Shown here: positions 10,891-24,384 of the stretch, piece after piece
Layout: every line of letters begins with the position of its first letter
How positions within the stretch are numbered: position 1 is the stretch's first letter
Assembly (NCBI RefSeq): GCF_902713615.1
Contig: NC_052159.1
Coordinates: 20,410,018-20,474,017 of the forward strand
Direction: 5' to 3'
Source: Scyliorhinus canicula
Lineage: Eukaryota
DNA length: 64,000 nucleotides
The notes under the pieces: model-generated
Databases searched by the model: none
What the model was told of the DNA's origin: nothing
The model's input: only the letters and a program-made list of their open reading frames with translations
Program-made: the position numbers and the translations under genes

Positions 10891-11550
10891 GTAAAGAAGC
10901 TTCACCCAACCAACACCAAAATGTATGATGTGAAAGTAATAACTGGTCACAATAGGTCTGTGCTCGTTGGAGTTTAGAGGATGGGGGGGGGGGGGTCTTA
11001 TTGAAACTTACAGGATACCGAGAAGCCTAGATAGAGTGGACGTGGAGAGGATGTTTCCACTAGTAGGAAAAACTAGAAGCCAAGGGCACAGCCTCAGACT
11101 AAAGGGACGATCCTTTAAAACAGCCAGAGGGTGGTGAATCTGTGGAACCCTTTGCCGCAGAAGGCTGTGGAGACCAAATCACTGAGCGTCTTTAAGACAG
11201 AGATAGATAGGTTCTTGATTAATAAGGGGATCATGGGTTATAGGGAGAAGGCAGGAGAATGGGGATAAAAAACATATCAGTCATGATTGAATGGCAGAGC
11301 AAATCCGATGGGCCGAATAGCCTAATTGTGCTCCTGTGTCTTATGATCTTAATGTGTGGATTGTTATATAATAATTGATAGCAAATAGTAGGGCAATAAT
11401 TTCACCAAAGTGGTAAAATTGCAACCACAGAAGAGAAGTTCAGAAAGTTCTTAAAGTACCTGAAAGTGGCAGAGATTAAAAAGATGCTTTGATCCGCTCC
11501 TTGGTTCCTGTTATTTTGTAATTTGCCACCGTTTTGGAGCTATTATTATA

Positions 11551-12057
11551 TTGGATTGGATTGGATTTGTTAATTGTCACGTGTACCGAGGTACAGTGAA
11601 AAGTATTTTTCTGCAAGCAGCTCAACAGATCATTCAGTACATGGGAAGAAAAGGAAATTAAACAAAATTCAAGAAAGTACAAGAAAGTACATAATAGGGC
11701 AACACAAGATATGCAATGTAACTACACAAGCAGCGACATCGGGTGAAGCATACAGGGTATAGTGTTAATGAGGTCAGTCAATAAGAGGGTCCTTTAGGAG
11801 TCTGGTGACAGTGGGGAAGAAGCTGTTTTTGAGTCTGTTCGTACGTGTTCTCAGATTTCTGTATCTCCTGCCCGATGGAAGAAGTTGGAAGAGCGAGTAA
11901 GCCGGGTGGAAGGGATCCTTGATTATGCTGCCCACTTTCCCCAGGCAGCGGGAGGTGTAGATGGAGTCAATGGATGGGAGGCAGGTTGTGTGATGGACTG
12001 GGCGGTATTCACGACTCTCTGAAGTTCCTTGCGGTCCTGGGCCGAGCAGTTGCCATG
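11551..12057 (-). mobile_element. Rex1/Babar-clade LINE 3' fragment
   Basis: CSAQDRKELQRVVNTAQSIT...FQLLPSGRRYRNLRTRTNRLKNSFFP; tail cttttcactgtacctcggtacacgtgacaat plus (atcca)n. Confidence 0.75.
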
Positions 12058-12846
12058 GATGGATATTGGGAGCCGATCAGCTGCATGCTTCAAGTGCATG
12101 TTTCCGACACTTAACTATTAATATATTGTTATTGCTAGTCCATGAAAAAAAAAATTATGATTCGTGGTAAGGACATGCTCTGGTGGGATACTGCTTCATT
12201 TGACTGTCCTGGTTTGACCTTGATCCTGTGCTGGCTTAACTGGTCACAGCCTTGAAACTAGTCGGAAAGCCGTAGTTGGTCTTAAAGTCAAATGGTGTTC
12301 CTGTTTCTGACCATTATCCAGCAATCCCTGGCCACTGAAAAGTGCAAGCTTGTAGCCATCGGGTGATTAGGCTTGCTTGACAACGCTCTCGTTCTCTGGG
12401 CTTACACATTAAGACAAAGTACTGATAGGCAGCTTAAGGAGCAGAATAACCTGGTGCCTTCAGGAGAAAATTTGAGGGAAACTATTAAGTGAAATATGTT
12501 TATTTAAAAGTAACAGTGTAAAACTATTAAATTCTGAGCATAGATGCTACCATACAACATTCACTCCAATTTCCTTGAGCAGCTCAATAATCTAATAAAT
12601 TACAGAACAAAATATATATTTTAGAAGCTTTGCACTGCTGCAAATATTTTTGGACAACCGCCAGCGTTTTGATCAATACGTTTGTTCCTACTCATGTTGT
12701 TACCTTCTCTGCCTCATGACAAGCCATTCCTTGAATTTTGTGAACACGGAAACTTGATTATAAAACTATTCAGAAAATAATTAAAAATTGAAGTGTTGAA
12801 TTTTTTTTTGCTCTAATTGTCATTTTATGAGAATTTTAGACTATCT

Positions 12847-13684
12847 TATTACGATCCGGACCAGACCCCAACATTTTATTTAATTTGTAAGACTGGGAAA
12901 AGGATGCTTTGCTGCAGGTGTGACTCCGTGCACAAATAGGGATATGAAAAATTAAAACAAACTTTGTAACTAATACAGGATTAAATTAACTTTAACATCA
13001 TACAAGAAATAGCTTTCAATTACCAGTTAAACAATGCTTAACAATAAATGTCACACTTTAACTTCTAACTGAGATCTTCTTTATCTCCAACCAAGCAAAA
13101 ACCCATCTTGGGTCAAAACCCACTTTTAAATAGAGGTAGCAAACACAGGATTACTTGCCAAACATTGGATAGAGATCTTTTGAGACTGCTTGAAAAGAGA
13201 GACCTGCCACCCTGTCAGAATATTACAGAATCACTGGCTGTATTCTTTAGAAACTGCTTCTTTGCTCTCCTTCCAGACAGAAAAAACAAAAGTAAAAACT
13301 CCGCACCTGAGACTGCTCAGCCCCTGGCTCCTCCCATTAACTACATCATCTCAATCCCACTAACTGATTATGACCATCTCACTAACGTTAAGTACAAGGT
13401 CTCTAATTATCTACTCCCCGGGGAACTTTCTTTCTATAAACAAAATCCCATTAGCCCTATTCAGGTAAACCATATACATGGTTGGAATGAATGATGATCT
13501 CATTGTTTTTTACAATGCTTTAATTACCTTCTGCAGGCCCAATGTCTGCCTGTCTTTAAAACCAGCATTTTTACAAACATTACTGCAGCAGTCACATACA
13601 CACACTAACCCAGGCTTTTTTTAACTGCTACTGCACTAGATACGTATAATAGAATATATATATGAAATTCCTACATTCACCATA
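12847..13684. mobile_element. Probable solo LTR
   Basis: Degenerate TG...CA ends (tattacga...caccata) flanked by 4-bp TSD atct (12843-12846, 13685-13688). Confidence 0.45.
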
Positions 13685-14311
13685 ATCTTCAAAGGACTTT
13701 CATTGCCAAGTGACATTCATGCTACACAAGTGCCAGGAAATGACTGACTCCAGCAAGAGAGAATCTAGCCATCTCATAATATTTTACAATTTCTCCCCAT
13801 GTCTGCTTGGGTTTCCTCCGGGAGCTCCAGTTTCCTCCCACAGCCCAAAGATGTGCAGGTTAGGTGGATTGGCCATGCTAAACTGCCTTAGTCTCCAAAA
13901 GACTAGGTGGGGTTACTGGGTTACGGGGATAGGGTGGAGGTGTGAGCTTAAGTAGGGTGTTCTTTCCAAGGGTTTGTGCAAACTCGATGAGCTGAATGGC
14001 CTCCTTCTGCAGTGTAAATTCTGTGATTCTACAACCTAGAAGGACCCAGATGCATGGGAGCAACACCATCCCCAAGTTCCCCCTCAAGCCACTCATCAGC
14101 CTGACTTAGAACTATTATTGTTGTTTCCTTCACTGTCACTGGTCAGCACTGTAGACTGTGGTAGTTCAAGAAAGTGACTCTCAAGTCCAGGGCAATTGGG
14201 AATGGGCAGAAAATGCTGACCTTGCCTGTGATATCCACATCACACGAAAGAATAAAAAGTGCTTCTTTTCAAAAGTGCAATTCAGTAAACTATTTTCTTT
14301 GTCTCTGTTAG

Positions 14312-14442
14312 AAAGAGTTGGAATCTGCCTGGGGAGTTGAAGTGTTTGACAGATATTCCATTGTCCTTCACATCTTCCGTTGCAATGCTCGGACCAAAGA
14401 GGCCAAACTGCAGATAGCGCTGGCTGAGATCCCATACTTGAG
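14312..14442 (+). CDS. GTPBP6: GTPBP6 coding exon 4
   Basis: KELESAWGVEVFDRYSIVLHIFRCNARTKEAKLQIALAEIPYLR (HflX signature); ctgttag/ and ag/gtaagg; 131 nt. Confidence 0.95.
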
Positions 14443-15094
14443 GTAAGGTTTTGATTCTCTACAACTCTCCTAAAGCTTTAACAGTATTACGGTGCATGAT
14501 CATAGTTTGGGAGGGGTGGCTGGTACAATTAATTAAGACAAATTTTCCTCTGTGCTACAAGACACGGATATGAATTTAATTTGTAAGTAAGTTTGTCGGT
14601 TCGCTTTTAAGAATTAGAAGATTAGATTTAGATGCTTTAATCCAGTTCCCAACTTGCATTCAACTTCATAGTCTGTAAATAGGCATTAATAATTGTGTCT
14701 CACTCAGATGTCATTAGCTTGTTTCCAGTTTACCAAATGGGAAACAGTTTGGGCGTTTGAGCATGTTGTCAATGATTTGCTTTTCACTAGATCAGAGAAT
14801 AGAGTGCAAGTTGAAAAGTTTTACTTTCCTCTAGCACATCTATTCATCTTAATAGCAAGTGCATTCAACAAATAGGCCTACAATGTCCTTGTATAAAACT
14901 TCCAACAATCACAAAAAGAGCTGGTGAACATGGGCATTTGTTTTGTGATTGGAAATCACAGAATCTTGGAAAACCAGCTCACTGTGGAAGTATACTTCAC
15001 AACTGACGGCTGCTTCTGTCCTCCCGGTCTCTGAATTCCACTGTCAAAACCTGAAGTGCTCGCTGATATAAATGCTAATTCCTTTCAGCTTCAG

Positions 15095-15330
15095 CTTGGG
15101 TCACTGTCTGTGTCTGCACGTTCTCCCCGTGTCTGCGTGGGCTTCCTCCGGGTGCTCTGGTTTCCTCCCACAAGTCCCTAAAAACGTGCTGTTAGGTGAA
15201 TTGGACATTCTGAATTCTCCCTCAGTGTACCCGAACAGGTGCCAGAGTGTGGCGACTAGGGGCTTTTCACAGTAACATTGTTGCAGTGTCAACGTAAACC
15301 TACTTATGACACGAATAAAGATTATTATTA
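15095..15330 (+). mobile_element. V-SINE with Rex1-like tail (5'-truncated)
   Basis: V-domain followed by ggcgactaggggcttttcacagtaac...cctacttatgacacgaataaagattattatt. Confidence 0.8.
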
Positions 15331-15607
15331 TAGTTGTCTGATTGTGCTTTCTGAAGGAATCCCGTATGAGAGATTCCACACCAATGTACAAAAACATTAA
15401 GTTGCATCACATCCGCATTAATACGCATGATTTCTTTTTTCATTTTAGTTTATTCTTTTTGAGCATGATTTTTATTTTTACACATGTGCTACTCTGGGCA
15501 TGTTTTGCAAGTGTGTTTCAAAGACAACTTGCAGCAATATGGCTGCTTCTGATGGCTACTTTATGCTGTTGATTCATTTGAATATTTACTTTGCCCTAAT
15601 TTGGTAG

Positions 15608-15678
15608 GTCCCAGCTGAAAAATGAAGTGGCTCACTTAGACCAACAAGGCGGTGGCTCCAGGTACATTATGGGATCAG
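15608..15678 (+). CDS. GTPBP6: GTPBP6 coding exon 5
   Basis: SQLKNEVAHLDQQGGGSRYIMGSG (glycine-rich segment); ttggtag/ and cag/gtaata; 71 nt. Confidence 0.9.
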
Positions 15679-16262
15679 GTAATATTCCCACTGACATAGG
15701 TTTGCTATATTCGATTATTGACCAATATTATCAATTCAATCCATTAAATTCTTGCAGTGCTCCAGATCGAGCCTCGCCTCGAGTCAAACTGTTCCAGTAC
15801 AACTAAAACACTGGTGCCTGCCCAGTGATTCCATGTCCTCAAAAAGCGGAACAAATCCAACCATCAGTCTACTCTCTATCATCAGCAAAGTGATGCAGGT
15901 GTCATTGACAGTTCTCTCAAATGGTACTGACTCAGCAATAACCAGCTCACTGATGTTCAGTTTGGGCTCTGTGAGGGCCATTGATCTGATTAGAGTCTTA
16001 ATTCGAACATGGACTTAAGAGCTGAACAAGGAAGTGAGAGTGACTGCCTTTGACATCATGGCCGGATTTGACCAAGTGTGGTATTGAGGAGCCCTAGCAA
16101 AACTGAAGTCAATGGGAATTGGGAGAAAAATCTTCAGAAAAAAGAAGTTAGTTGTGTTTGTTTGAGGTCAATCATCTCCATTCTGGTGGAAAAGCAGGAA
16201 TTCCTCGGTAGAATCTGAGGACCAACAATCTTCAGCTGCTTCAATGACTTCTACTCCATCAC

Positions 16263-16415
16263 GGGCAGCACGGTAGCATTGTGGATAGCACAATGGCTTC
16301 ACAGCTCCAGGGTGGATGTGCAGACTCCGCACAGACAGTGACCCAAGCCGGAATTGAACCTGGGACCCTGGAGCTGTGAAGCAATTGTGCTATCCACAAT
16401 GCTACCGTGCTGCCC
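16263..16415. repeat. Fold-back of two inverted SINE heads
   Basis: 51-bp arms at 16263-16313 and 16365-16415, one mismatch. Confidence 0.85.
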
Positions 16416-16702
16416 ACAGAAGGCGGTTCACCATCACCTTCTGGGGCAATAAATGCTGGTTGAGGCAGCAACTCCCATGTCCCAGGAACAAATAGCCAAA
16501 TTCAGAAAATGTAATGGTTGTCAAAAATCTTCATAGAATTAAACATTGCTTTCAATTTAGTACATTTATAAGTGTTTTATTTTTGGAGCGAATGAAGTTT
16601 CAATCATGTCCGGTGCAGATATTGTTGTGGGTTTATGGAAACGTACACTCGATGGCAAGCTAATGAGGGGTTCACTTGTTTTAATCCACTCACTGTTTCC
16701 AG

Positions 16703-16861
16703 GTGAGACCTTCATGGAGGTTCAGCAACGCCTCCTCAAGGAGAGGGAACTGAAGATTAGAGGGGTGTTGGAAAAGCTAAAGAAGAAACGGCGGTTGCTG
16801 AGGACCCAGCGTAAACGCAGAGAGCTCCCGGTTATTTCTGTCATGGGCTACACCAACTGTG
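16703..16861 (+). CDS. GTPBP6: GTPBP6 coding exon 6
   Basis: GETFMEVQQRLLKERE...PVISVMGYTNC; tttccag/ and g/gtgagt; 159 nt. Confidence 0.95.
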
Positions 16862-19150
16862 GTGAGTTTCCGTTCCGCTTTGTTCAGGAAGCAGCCATGA
16901 TTACAGCTGTGTGATTCACTGCTCATGAGGATAGATTGAGGTAATCAGCACAGAATCATGGCAGTGTAGTTTCCTTTGTCGCTGAATTTTCTCAAAACAC
17001 TAAGCAGGCAAACATTGCTCATGAGCAATCAGATTAAATACACACTTCCCCTTGGGTCTTATGATAAGTCTGAAAATAGTGAGTTTTCTCTTCAACAGTT
17101 TCTATCGCTCATTTTATAAAGCAGTACCTATGCAGAGGCAATTTGGCTCTACTAGAACAAGCACATTGGATGTGAAGGGCACTGGGGAATTTTTTTAATG
17201 TTTTGGATGCTATATAATAGTGTAAACACAACAGGATAATTAATTAGCGTAGAGCCAAAGGTAAATGCTAGGGTATAAATGTTTTTGCGGGTGGTACAAC
17301 AAGCAAATATAATTGTCATCACAGCGCCAGAGGACCATAGGCTGCCCTCTCCTTTGAGGGCTGACTGGTGGTGATTTAACCTGAGGGTCACCAGACCTCA
17401 GGCAAGTGGCAAGGTTGAGAAGGTGGAACCTTCATGAATAACCTTAGCCGACGCGGGAATTGAACCCGTTTCCTGCCGCTAAAATTGGGAATCCTGATCA
17501 GGCGGAGAATCCCGTATCGGCGCAAAAACAGGATCGGTGGCAGGGAGCAGATCCGCCCCCAGTCTCAGCTTGTGCCATAGCAGCTAAGTGCTTTCACCTC
17601 TTTTCTAACTGCAGAATACACTTAGCATTGTTTAAGTGACCAGCATCTGTCAATCAGAACAAGAATGTTTATAAACATTGCAGTTAGCCTCAGTTGAGGG
17701 TACTTCAGGTGCATTCAAACATGAAAGGAAAGAATAATAAATAAACCTCCTGGCAGCTGTGTTCAAACCATTAAGTTAAAGGTACTGCACTGTGAAATTG
17801 AATGAATGTTTAGTATTTCAAAGGATCTCAGGGGATTTCAAGACTTTTCAAGGGTTGTCGGCTTTTTAGGAAGGCTCAGACACTTCAAAAAACAGCAGTT
17901 TTAAAAGCAAAAGGCTGAGGGAGAAGTTGTGAGGAAAGAGAACATTTTCCTGGCTTGAACCTTCAATGAACTGTTTGATCTGCTCATCAGCTGTCAGGCA
18001 AAGTAAGAAGGTCACTTCAGAGTTTAAACCGATCAAACAAGGATGAAGCTTGTTCAGAGAGTTGCCTGAGATCACAATGCCAAGAGTGATCTTCGGGTTG
18101 CCCAGGGCTAGAAGGGGCAGTCCAGACATGGGACCCTCATCCTTAGGAAGGGTCCGGGGGCCAACCCCCAGGACTCTTGGGGTGGGGGGGCCCTCCCCCT
18201 GCAGCCTGGCAATGACAAAGGGACACATGAGCAATGGGTGAACCCCCCTTGACCCCATCTCGGGGCCCATTATGCCAGGCTAGAGTGTCACTGCCAAGGT
18301 TTCAATGCCATGGTGCCAGGGGCCAGTGCACCGTTGGCACTCTGGGTGGGGCCTGAACGAGAGGGCCAGGTGGGAGGACTGGGGAGGTTGGGTTGCACGT
18401 GAGTGTGTATGTGAGAGGTGTGATGGGGTAACCCATTCTTCCCGTGGTGGGTGGAGGATTCTGCTCCTTGATGAGGGGTTGGTGGTGCACCTCTTGTCAG
18501 CGAGAGAGTCAACGTTTGTATTGTGGGGTGTGGGGGGTGGAATGGAGCCTGTCTCTGGACACTGGGATCGGGGCATCTGTTCAAAATGGCGGTCCAACAC
18601 CAGTATGTGCAGGGAAACTGGCATATTCGCCACTATGCAGTATTTTGCACAGTAAAGGACTGAGAATGCCACCTCGACGTGCTCCTAGTGCGAGCAGGAC
18701 ACAGTCCCGATTCTCTGCTGGCTTCGTCTCTGGAACAGAGAATCCTGCCCAATGTTTCCTTTGGCTAGGGAATCTAGAACAAGGGGCAGAGTTTCAGGTA
18801 GGGTGCCGATCATTGAGGACTGAGACGAGGAGAAATTACTTCATTCAAAGATTTGTGAGTCTTTGCAATTCTCTATCCCAGAGGGTCATAGATATGTCTT
18901 CATTGAATATATTTAAGGTTGAGATAAGAGTTTTGGTCACTCAGGGAATTGAGGGATATCTGAAGCGTGCGGGAAAGTGGAGATGGAGCCCAAGATTAAC
19001 CATGCAAGTATTGAATAGAGGAGCAGGTTGGACGGGCTATATGGTCTACTCCTATTTCTTATGTTCTTATGCAAATCCGTCTTCCTTGCACAGTGCAAAG
19101 GAACACCATAATCTGATTCACAACTGATGCATTTTGTATCTTCCATTCAG

Positions 19151-19359
19151 GAAAAACAACCCTGATCAAAACACTGACTGGAGACACGGGCCTTCACCCA
19201 AGAGATCAGTTGTTTGCTACCCTTGATGTTACCACCCATGCTGGCTTGATGCCAAGCCGTTTGATGGTCCTTTATGTTGATACAATTGGATTTCTTTCTC
19301 AACTTCCCCACAACTTAATTGAATCCTTCTCAGCAACTCTAGAGGATGTGGTATATTCA
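19151..19359 (+). CDS. GTPBP6: GTPBP6 coding exon 7 (G1 end, G2, G3)
   Basis: GKTTLIKTLTG...DQLFATLDVT...VDTIGFLSQLPHNLIESFSATLEDV; cattcag/ and tca/gtaagt; 209 nt. Confidence 0.96.
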
Positions 19360-20807
19360 GTAAGTTTCAGTTTCTGACACGTATTATCTGCTTGGGTCAA
19401 TATACCGGTATATATTTTAATAAAGCCACAAAACTTGTAACCATTTCCCAGGTTCTGTATTTTAGCTTAGCTGATGAACTTAGCTAGGAACTGAAAGGAA
19501 TAGAAAGTCCCAGGGCAGGCCACAGCTCAGTAGGATCGGCTTGGTCAGGTGCTATATTTGAAAATCAGCTGGGGTTCAAGCACTAGGTTGAAGTGGAGCT
19601 CAAAATAAGAGCAGGATCAGGTTTGGCTGTGGTGACTTTGTAAGTCCATGCTCACCTCACAAGGCATTTTCCCCATTGAAGATCCCAGCTAACAAACTGC
19701 TCATCATGAAGTGTAGCTCAGTATGGCTCTCTCTCCAGAGAACCACAGTGTCTAGACACAGCTGATTTCCTTGCAGTGTAGGCTGGGTAAGGGGATTCAT
19801 TTTAACCCAACTCACCAAGTGGGAATCCATTGGGGAATAAAATTGGGCAGGGTATAAAAATTGGAATTGCACCAAATCCAGTCAGTTTACCGACAGCTGG
19901 GTTAAGTTAAAACCATTCGCAAGGAGTTTGCTTTGAAGACAAATTGCTGTCTGGTACGTCTTCAGAAATCACACTGATTCTGCCATCATATTACAATATC
20001 AGTTGATCTAAAAGTATTGCCTAGTGACAAATGGGAATTAAGCATAATACAGCAATAGTACAGTAACAATTTGGTCTCTACACTAAGGAAGAAGGCTTAC
20101 ACAAAATCTGTTCACTACATTACATCCAGTCCATAATTTTTGCAGCAGCCCTGAATTTTTCCACCACTAAAATTCAACTATGATGCAAAATGGTACAGAA
20201 CCCCAGTATAAATACCTTGTCCTCCATGCCTGTCTGATATGATATGGTTTTCAAAACATATTCTTTGAATGATCAAGAACTGTGTACTTGTTTGTTTTCA
20301 TTGGCAGGACAATGGGAAGGAAGGCAATTAGTATTTCTGAACTCCCTTCTGTCAGCATGTGTTGTATAGAAATGAATGAAAAGTGCATTTAAAGCTGTGC
20401 TAAATAGTTTTTGCCAATGATAGCCTTCTTCCATAGAAGGACCATCGAGTCTGCGCTGATCCTCTGAAAGAGCACCCTGCCTATGCCCACTCACTCGCCC
20501 TATCCCCGTAACCCCATCTAACCTGCACACTTTTGGACTGTGGTAGGAAATCAGAGCACCCGGAGGAAATGTGAAAACTCCACACAAACAGTCACCCAAG
20601 GCCAGAATCGAACCCGGGTCCCTGGTGCTGTGTTTTACAATGACCATTATATCATAGCATTGTATATATGCTGAGATTTTCCAGCATTTTCTCTTTGGTT
20701 TGGGATTGTATATATGCTATTCTCTCGCTTTGGTGGAATGCTGTTTAAGATGGCCTGACATCTTAGTTCACTTTTTATACTTGGCAATGTATTAAGGATG
20801 CTCTCAA

Positions 20808-21252
20808 CAGTGCCAAAGAGGCCCGGCCAACCACGCCCACATGTTCTGGTCTTGCCCTAGACTTGTGGAGTACTGGACAGCCTTCTTCGAGGCTATGTCC
20901 AAAGTGGTGGGAGTGAGGGTGGAGCCATGCCCGATAGTGGCAGTCTTCGGGGTTTCAGACCAGCCAGATCTATTCCTGGGGAGGAGGGCGGACGCTCTTG
21001 CCTTTGCCTCCCTGATCGCCCGCCGTAGAATCCTGTTTGGCTGGCGGTCAGCAGCACCGCCCAGAGCTGCAGACTGGCTGTCCGACCTCTCGGAATCTCT
21101 CCAAATGGAGAAAATCTAATTCGCCATCCGAGGGTCAGACGACGGCTTCCACAGAACGTGGGAGCCATTCATGCAATTGTTCCGGGACCTGTTTGTGGCC
21201 AACGAACAAGAGGAAGAATAGTCGGGTGGCCAAGAATCAGGGGAAAATGAGG

Positions 21253-21287
<35 letters not shown>

Positions 21288-21682
21288 CTACGGGTTCGCA
21301 AGGTTTTACGCTTATTTCTTTTTCTTGTTAATTTATTGTTTTTGTATTGGAGGGGAGGGGTTACTGTTTTTCTCTGTTGTGATAAAATTTGTTGAAAACT
21401 TGAATAAAAATTATTCCAAAAAAAAGGGGAAGGTCAAAGCCGCAAGCGACAGTCTGATGGCAAGCCCAAAACCAAATTGTAAATAAATGCCTACAAACAT
21501 GTGCCTCGGCCATATTGGGGAATATAAAATATGTATGCCGGTTAAAGGGGGGGCCACAGTTGTTATTATGAAGATGCTTACCTGTAAATATACATGTTAA
21601 TTTTTGCATGTTTTTTTTTCTAATAATTTGTAATTTGTTGGATATAAAATATGAAAACTCAATAAAAACATTTCCAAAAAAA
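20808..21682 (+). mobile_element. 5'-truncated L1 with two AATAAA/poly(A) tails
   Basis: HMFWSCPRLVEYW...LAFASLIARRRIL; 14-bp TSD aaggatgctctcaa at 20794-20807 and 21683-21696. Confidence 0.88.
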
Positions 21683-22118
21683 AAGGATGCTCTCAAACTA
21701 TCATATTGTGCTTAGCTAGAATAATTTTGGGTACCTACTTTAAGAGGGATTTCCAGACCCCAGAAAAAGTACAGAAGGGATTCCGGGAGATAATACCTGA
21801 GATGTGAGGTGATGTTAGAAAACCTGTGACACTTCATTAGGAGAAAGAAGGTTAACAGGTGATATATTATGAAAGGTTTCAATATGGTAAATAAGGAAAT
21901 ACTATTTCCTTCGATCAGTGTATCTGTAACTAGAGGGTTGGATAGGTTGTAATATTTTGTGATTCTAAATATGGGAATAAGCTAGAGGGTATTTGTTATA
22001 GGTGAATGACACATTAAATCAACATTGCACTAACTAAGTTCATATAAACATTTTATTAATATCTTCCTCACACCCCCCCCCCCCCCCCCCCCCGCGGCCT
22101 CTTTCTATTTGTATCCAG

Positions 22119-22267
22119 GATGTAATAGTCCACGTAAGGGACATCAGTCACCCTGAAACCAACAATCAGAAAGTGAATGTACTGAATGTTCTCCGGAATC
22201 TCCAGCTCCCAAACCAGCTCTTGGATTCCATCATTGAAGTGCATAATAAAATCGATCTCCAAGAGGG
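22119..22267 (+). CDS. GTPBP6: GTPBP6 coding exon 8 (G4)
   Basis: DVIVHVRDISHPET...IIEVHNKIDL; tatccag/ and gg/gtagga; 149 nt. Confidence 0.94.
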
Positions 22268-22509
22268 GTAGGAACAGTATGATTTTCATGCGTTTCAAAC
22301 AGCCAAAATAATGTGCACGTGCCTATCACCTTGATATTTCTTACTGTTTTAGTCAAAATCCCATGTAAAAATCTTCATGGATTTTAATCTGATGTAATGT
22401 CAAATGATGCATTTGTAGGTGGAAAAATTGGTATAAAAAATATAGATTGCATGTATCAATAGTTGATGGTACCTTTTTAGCTATACCAGTGCTCACTGAG
22501 TACCATGCA

Positions 22510-23680
22510 GCCCTGTAAAGCAAGCAACCCCTGATCTATCCTAAATTCGGTCATCACCATACTAAGCCCGACATGAAAAATATTCAAGGACACTGCTTTT
22601 ACTGCCTTTTGAGGAAGAGAGTTCAGAAGACCCACCACTCTGACAGAAGAAATTTCTCCTCATCTCTGACTTAAAAAAGCGACCCATTATTTTTGAACAG
22701 TGTCCCCTAGTTCTAGATTCTCCAACAATAGGAAACATCCTGTCCATATCCACCCTGTCAAGACCCCCAGGATCTTAAAAGTTTTGATCATGTCGCCTCT
22801 TACGCTTCTAAACTCTAGTGGATACACCTAACCTCTCCAACCTTTCCTTATAAGACAACCGTTCCATCCTGGTATTAGTTTAGTAAACCTTCTCTGATCT
22901 GTTTCTAATACATTTATATCTTTATTTAAATAAGAAGAGCAATACTATACACAGTACTTAAGATGTGGTGTCACCAATGTCCTGTACAACTGAAGCATAA
23001 CCTCCCTACTTTTGTAAATAATTCCCCTTGCAATAAATGATAACGTTCTATTAGCTTTCCTAATTACTTGCTGTACCTGTGTAGTAGCCTTTTGTGATTC
23101 ATGCATTGGACACCCAGATCCCTCTGCACTTCAGAGCTCTGCAATCTCTCACAATTTAGATAATAGCTTTGTTACTCTTCCTGTCAAAATGGACATTTGC
23201 CCACATCATACTCCATTTTCCAGATTTTTCCCACTCAATTCAACTATCTATCCCTTTGTAGCCTCCTTAACCTCTTCACAAGTTACTTTCCTACCTATTT
23301 TTGTGTCATCAGCAAATTCGGCCAAGTCTTTTGTATAAATTGTAAAAAAATTGAAGACAGGCGCTATTCGCGGTGACATACCAGTTGTCACATCCTGCCA
23401 CCCCGAAAAAGACCCATTTATGCCAACTCCATTCCCTGTTAGCTAGCCAATCTTCAATCCATGCCAACATGTCACCCAACCCCCCACACATTTTCAGCAA
23501 TAGCCTATGATCTGCCACCTTATCAAATGTCTTCTGGAAATCTAAGTGCAGTACACCCATCGGTTTCCCTTTATCCACATCACAGAATTCCCAATAAATT
23601 GGTAAACATGATTTCCCTTTCACAAAACCATGTTGACTCTGCCGATTGCCTTGAATTTTTCCAAGTACCGCGCTGTAACA
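22510..23680 (-). mobile_element. Decayed CR1 LINE fragment
   Basis: MKGKSCL...LDFQKTFDKV; MFPIVGESRTRGH...EMRRNFF. Confidence 0.85.
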
Positions 23681-24384
23681 TCTGACAATACCAGGTAATC
23701 TGTTTTATCCCATTGCCTGATATGGTAGTTTAGTTGAACCGAGATAACAATCTGAAGTCCATGAGACCAACATCCCATCAGGGGAGGTTGTGAAATTGAA
23801 TTCAATAAATCATGTCGTTTATGATCCAGCTGCAGAAAAATAACCATGAAATCTGCTGGATTATTGATTATTGTTGGGAAGCTGCCACTCCTACTATGGT
23901 TGAGCACATACGTGTCTCTGCAGTTGACATTACATGGTTAACTTCTAATGCCCTCAAGGAATTAATGTTGCCATTATTTAAAGAATAAATTTGAAAAAGC
24001 ACTTAGCATGCTGGCCATAGACGTGTTCATTAGCTTGAAGCAGTGAGAGATAAAAATGAGTTAAAGACTAGAAATCAAAAATTTGCAAGTTTTACTCTCT
24101 CCGTCAAGTGACCTGAAATATTTCTTCTCTACCTTTCTTCCCTCCTTCATTTTGAGAGTTAGAGAGTCTGACATCCAATGATCTGAGAAAGAGTAGATTA
24201 TTTAGCTATTAAACTAATCACAAGATAGATCAGAGTAAGCAGGTCTTTTCCTCTTATTCAGTGTCATCCTTCTAGAATAACAAGATTGCCATCTTTTCAC
24301 TGTCTCTAGGTGTTTCTTCAATAAATTAGACTTTTTTATATTCTTTCATGGAATGTGGGTTAGGCCAGTATTTATTACCCATTT

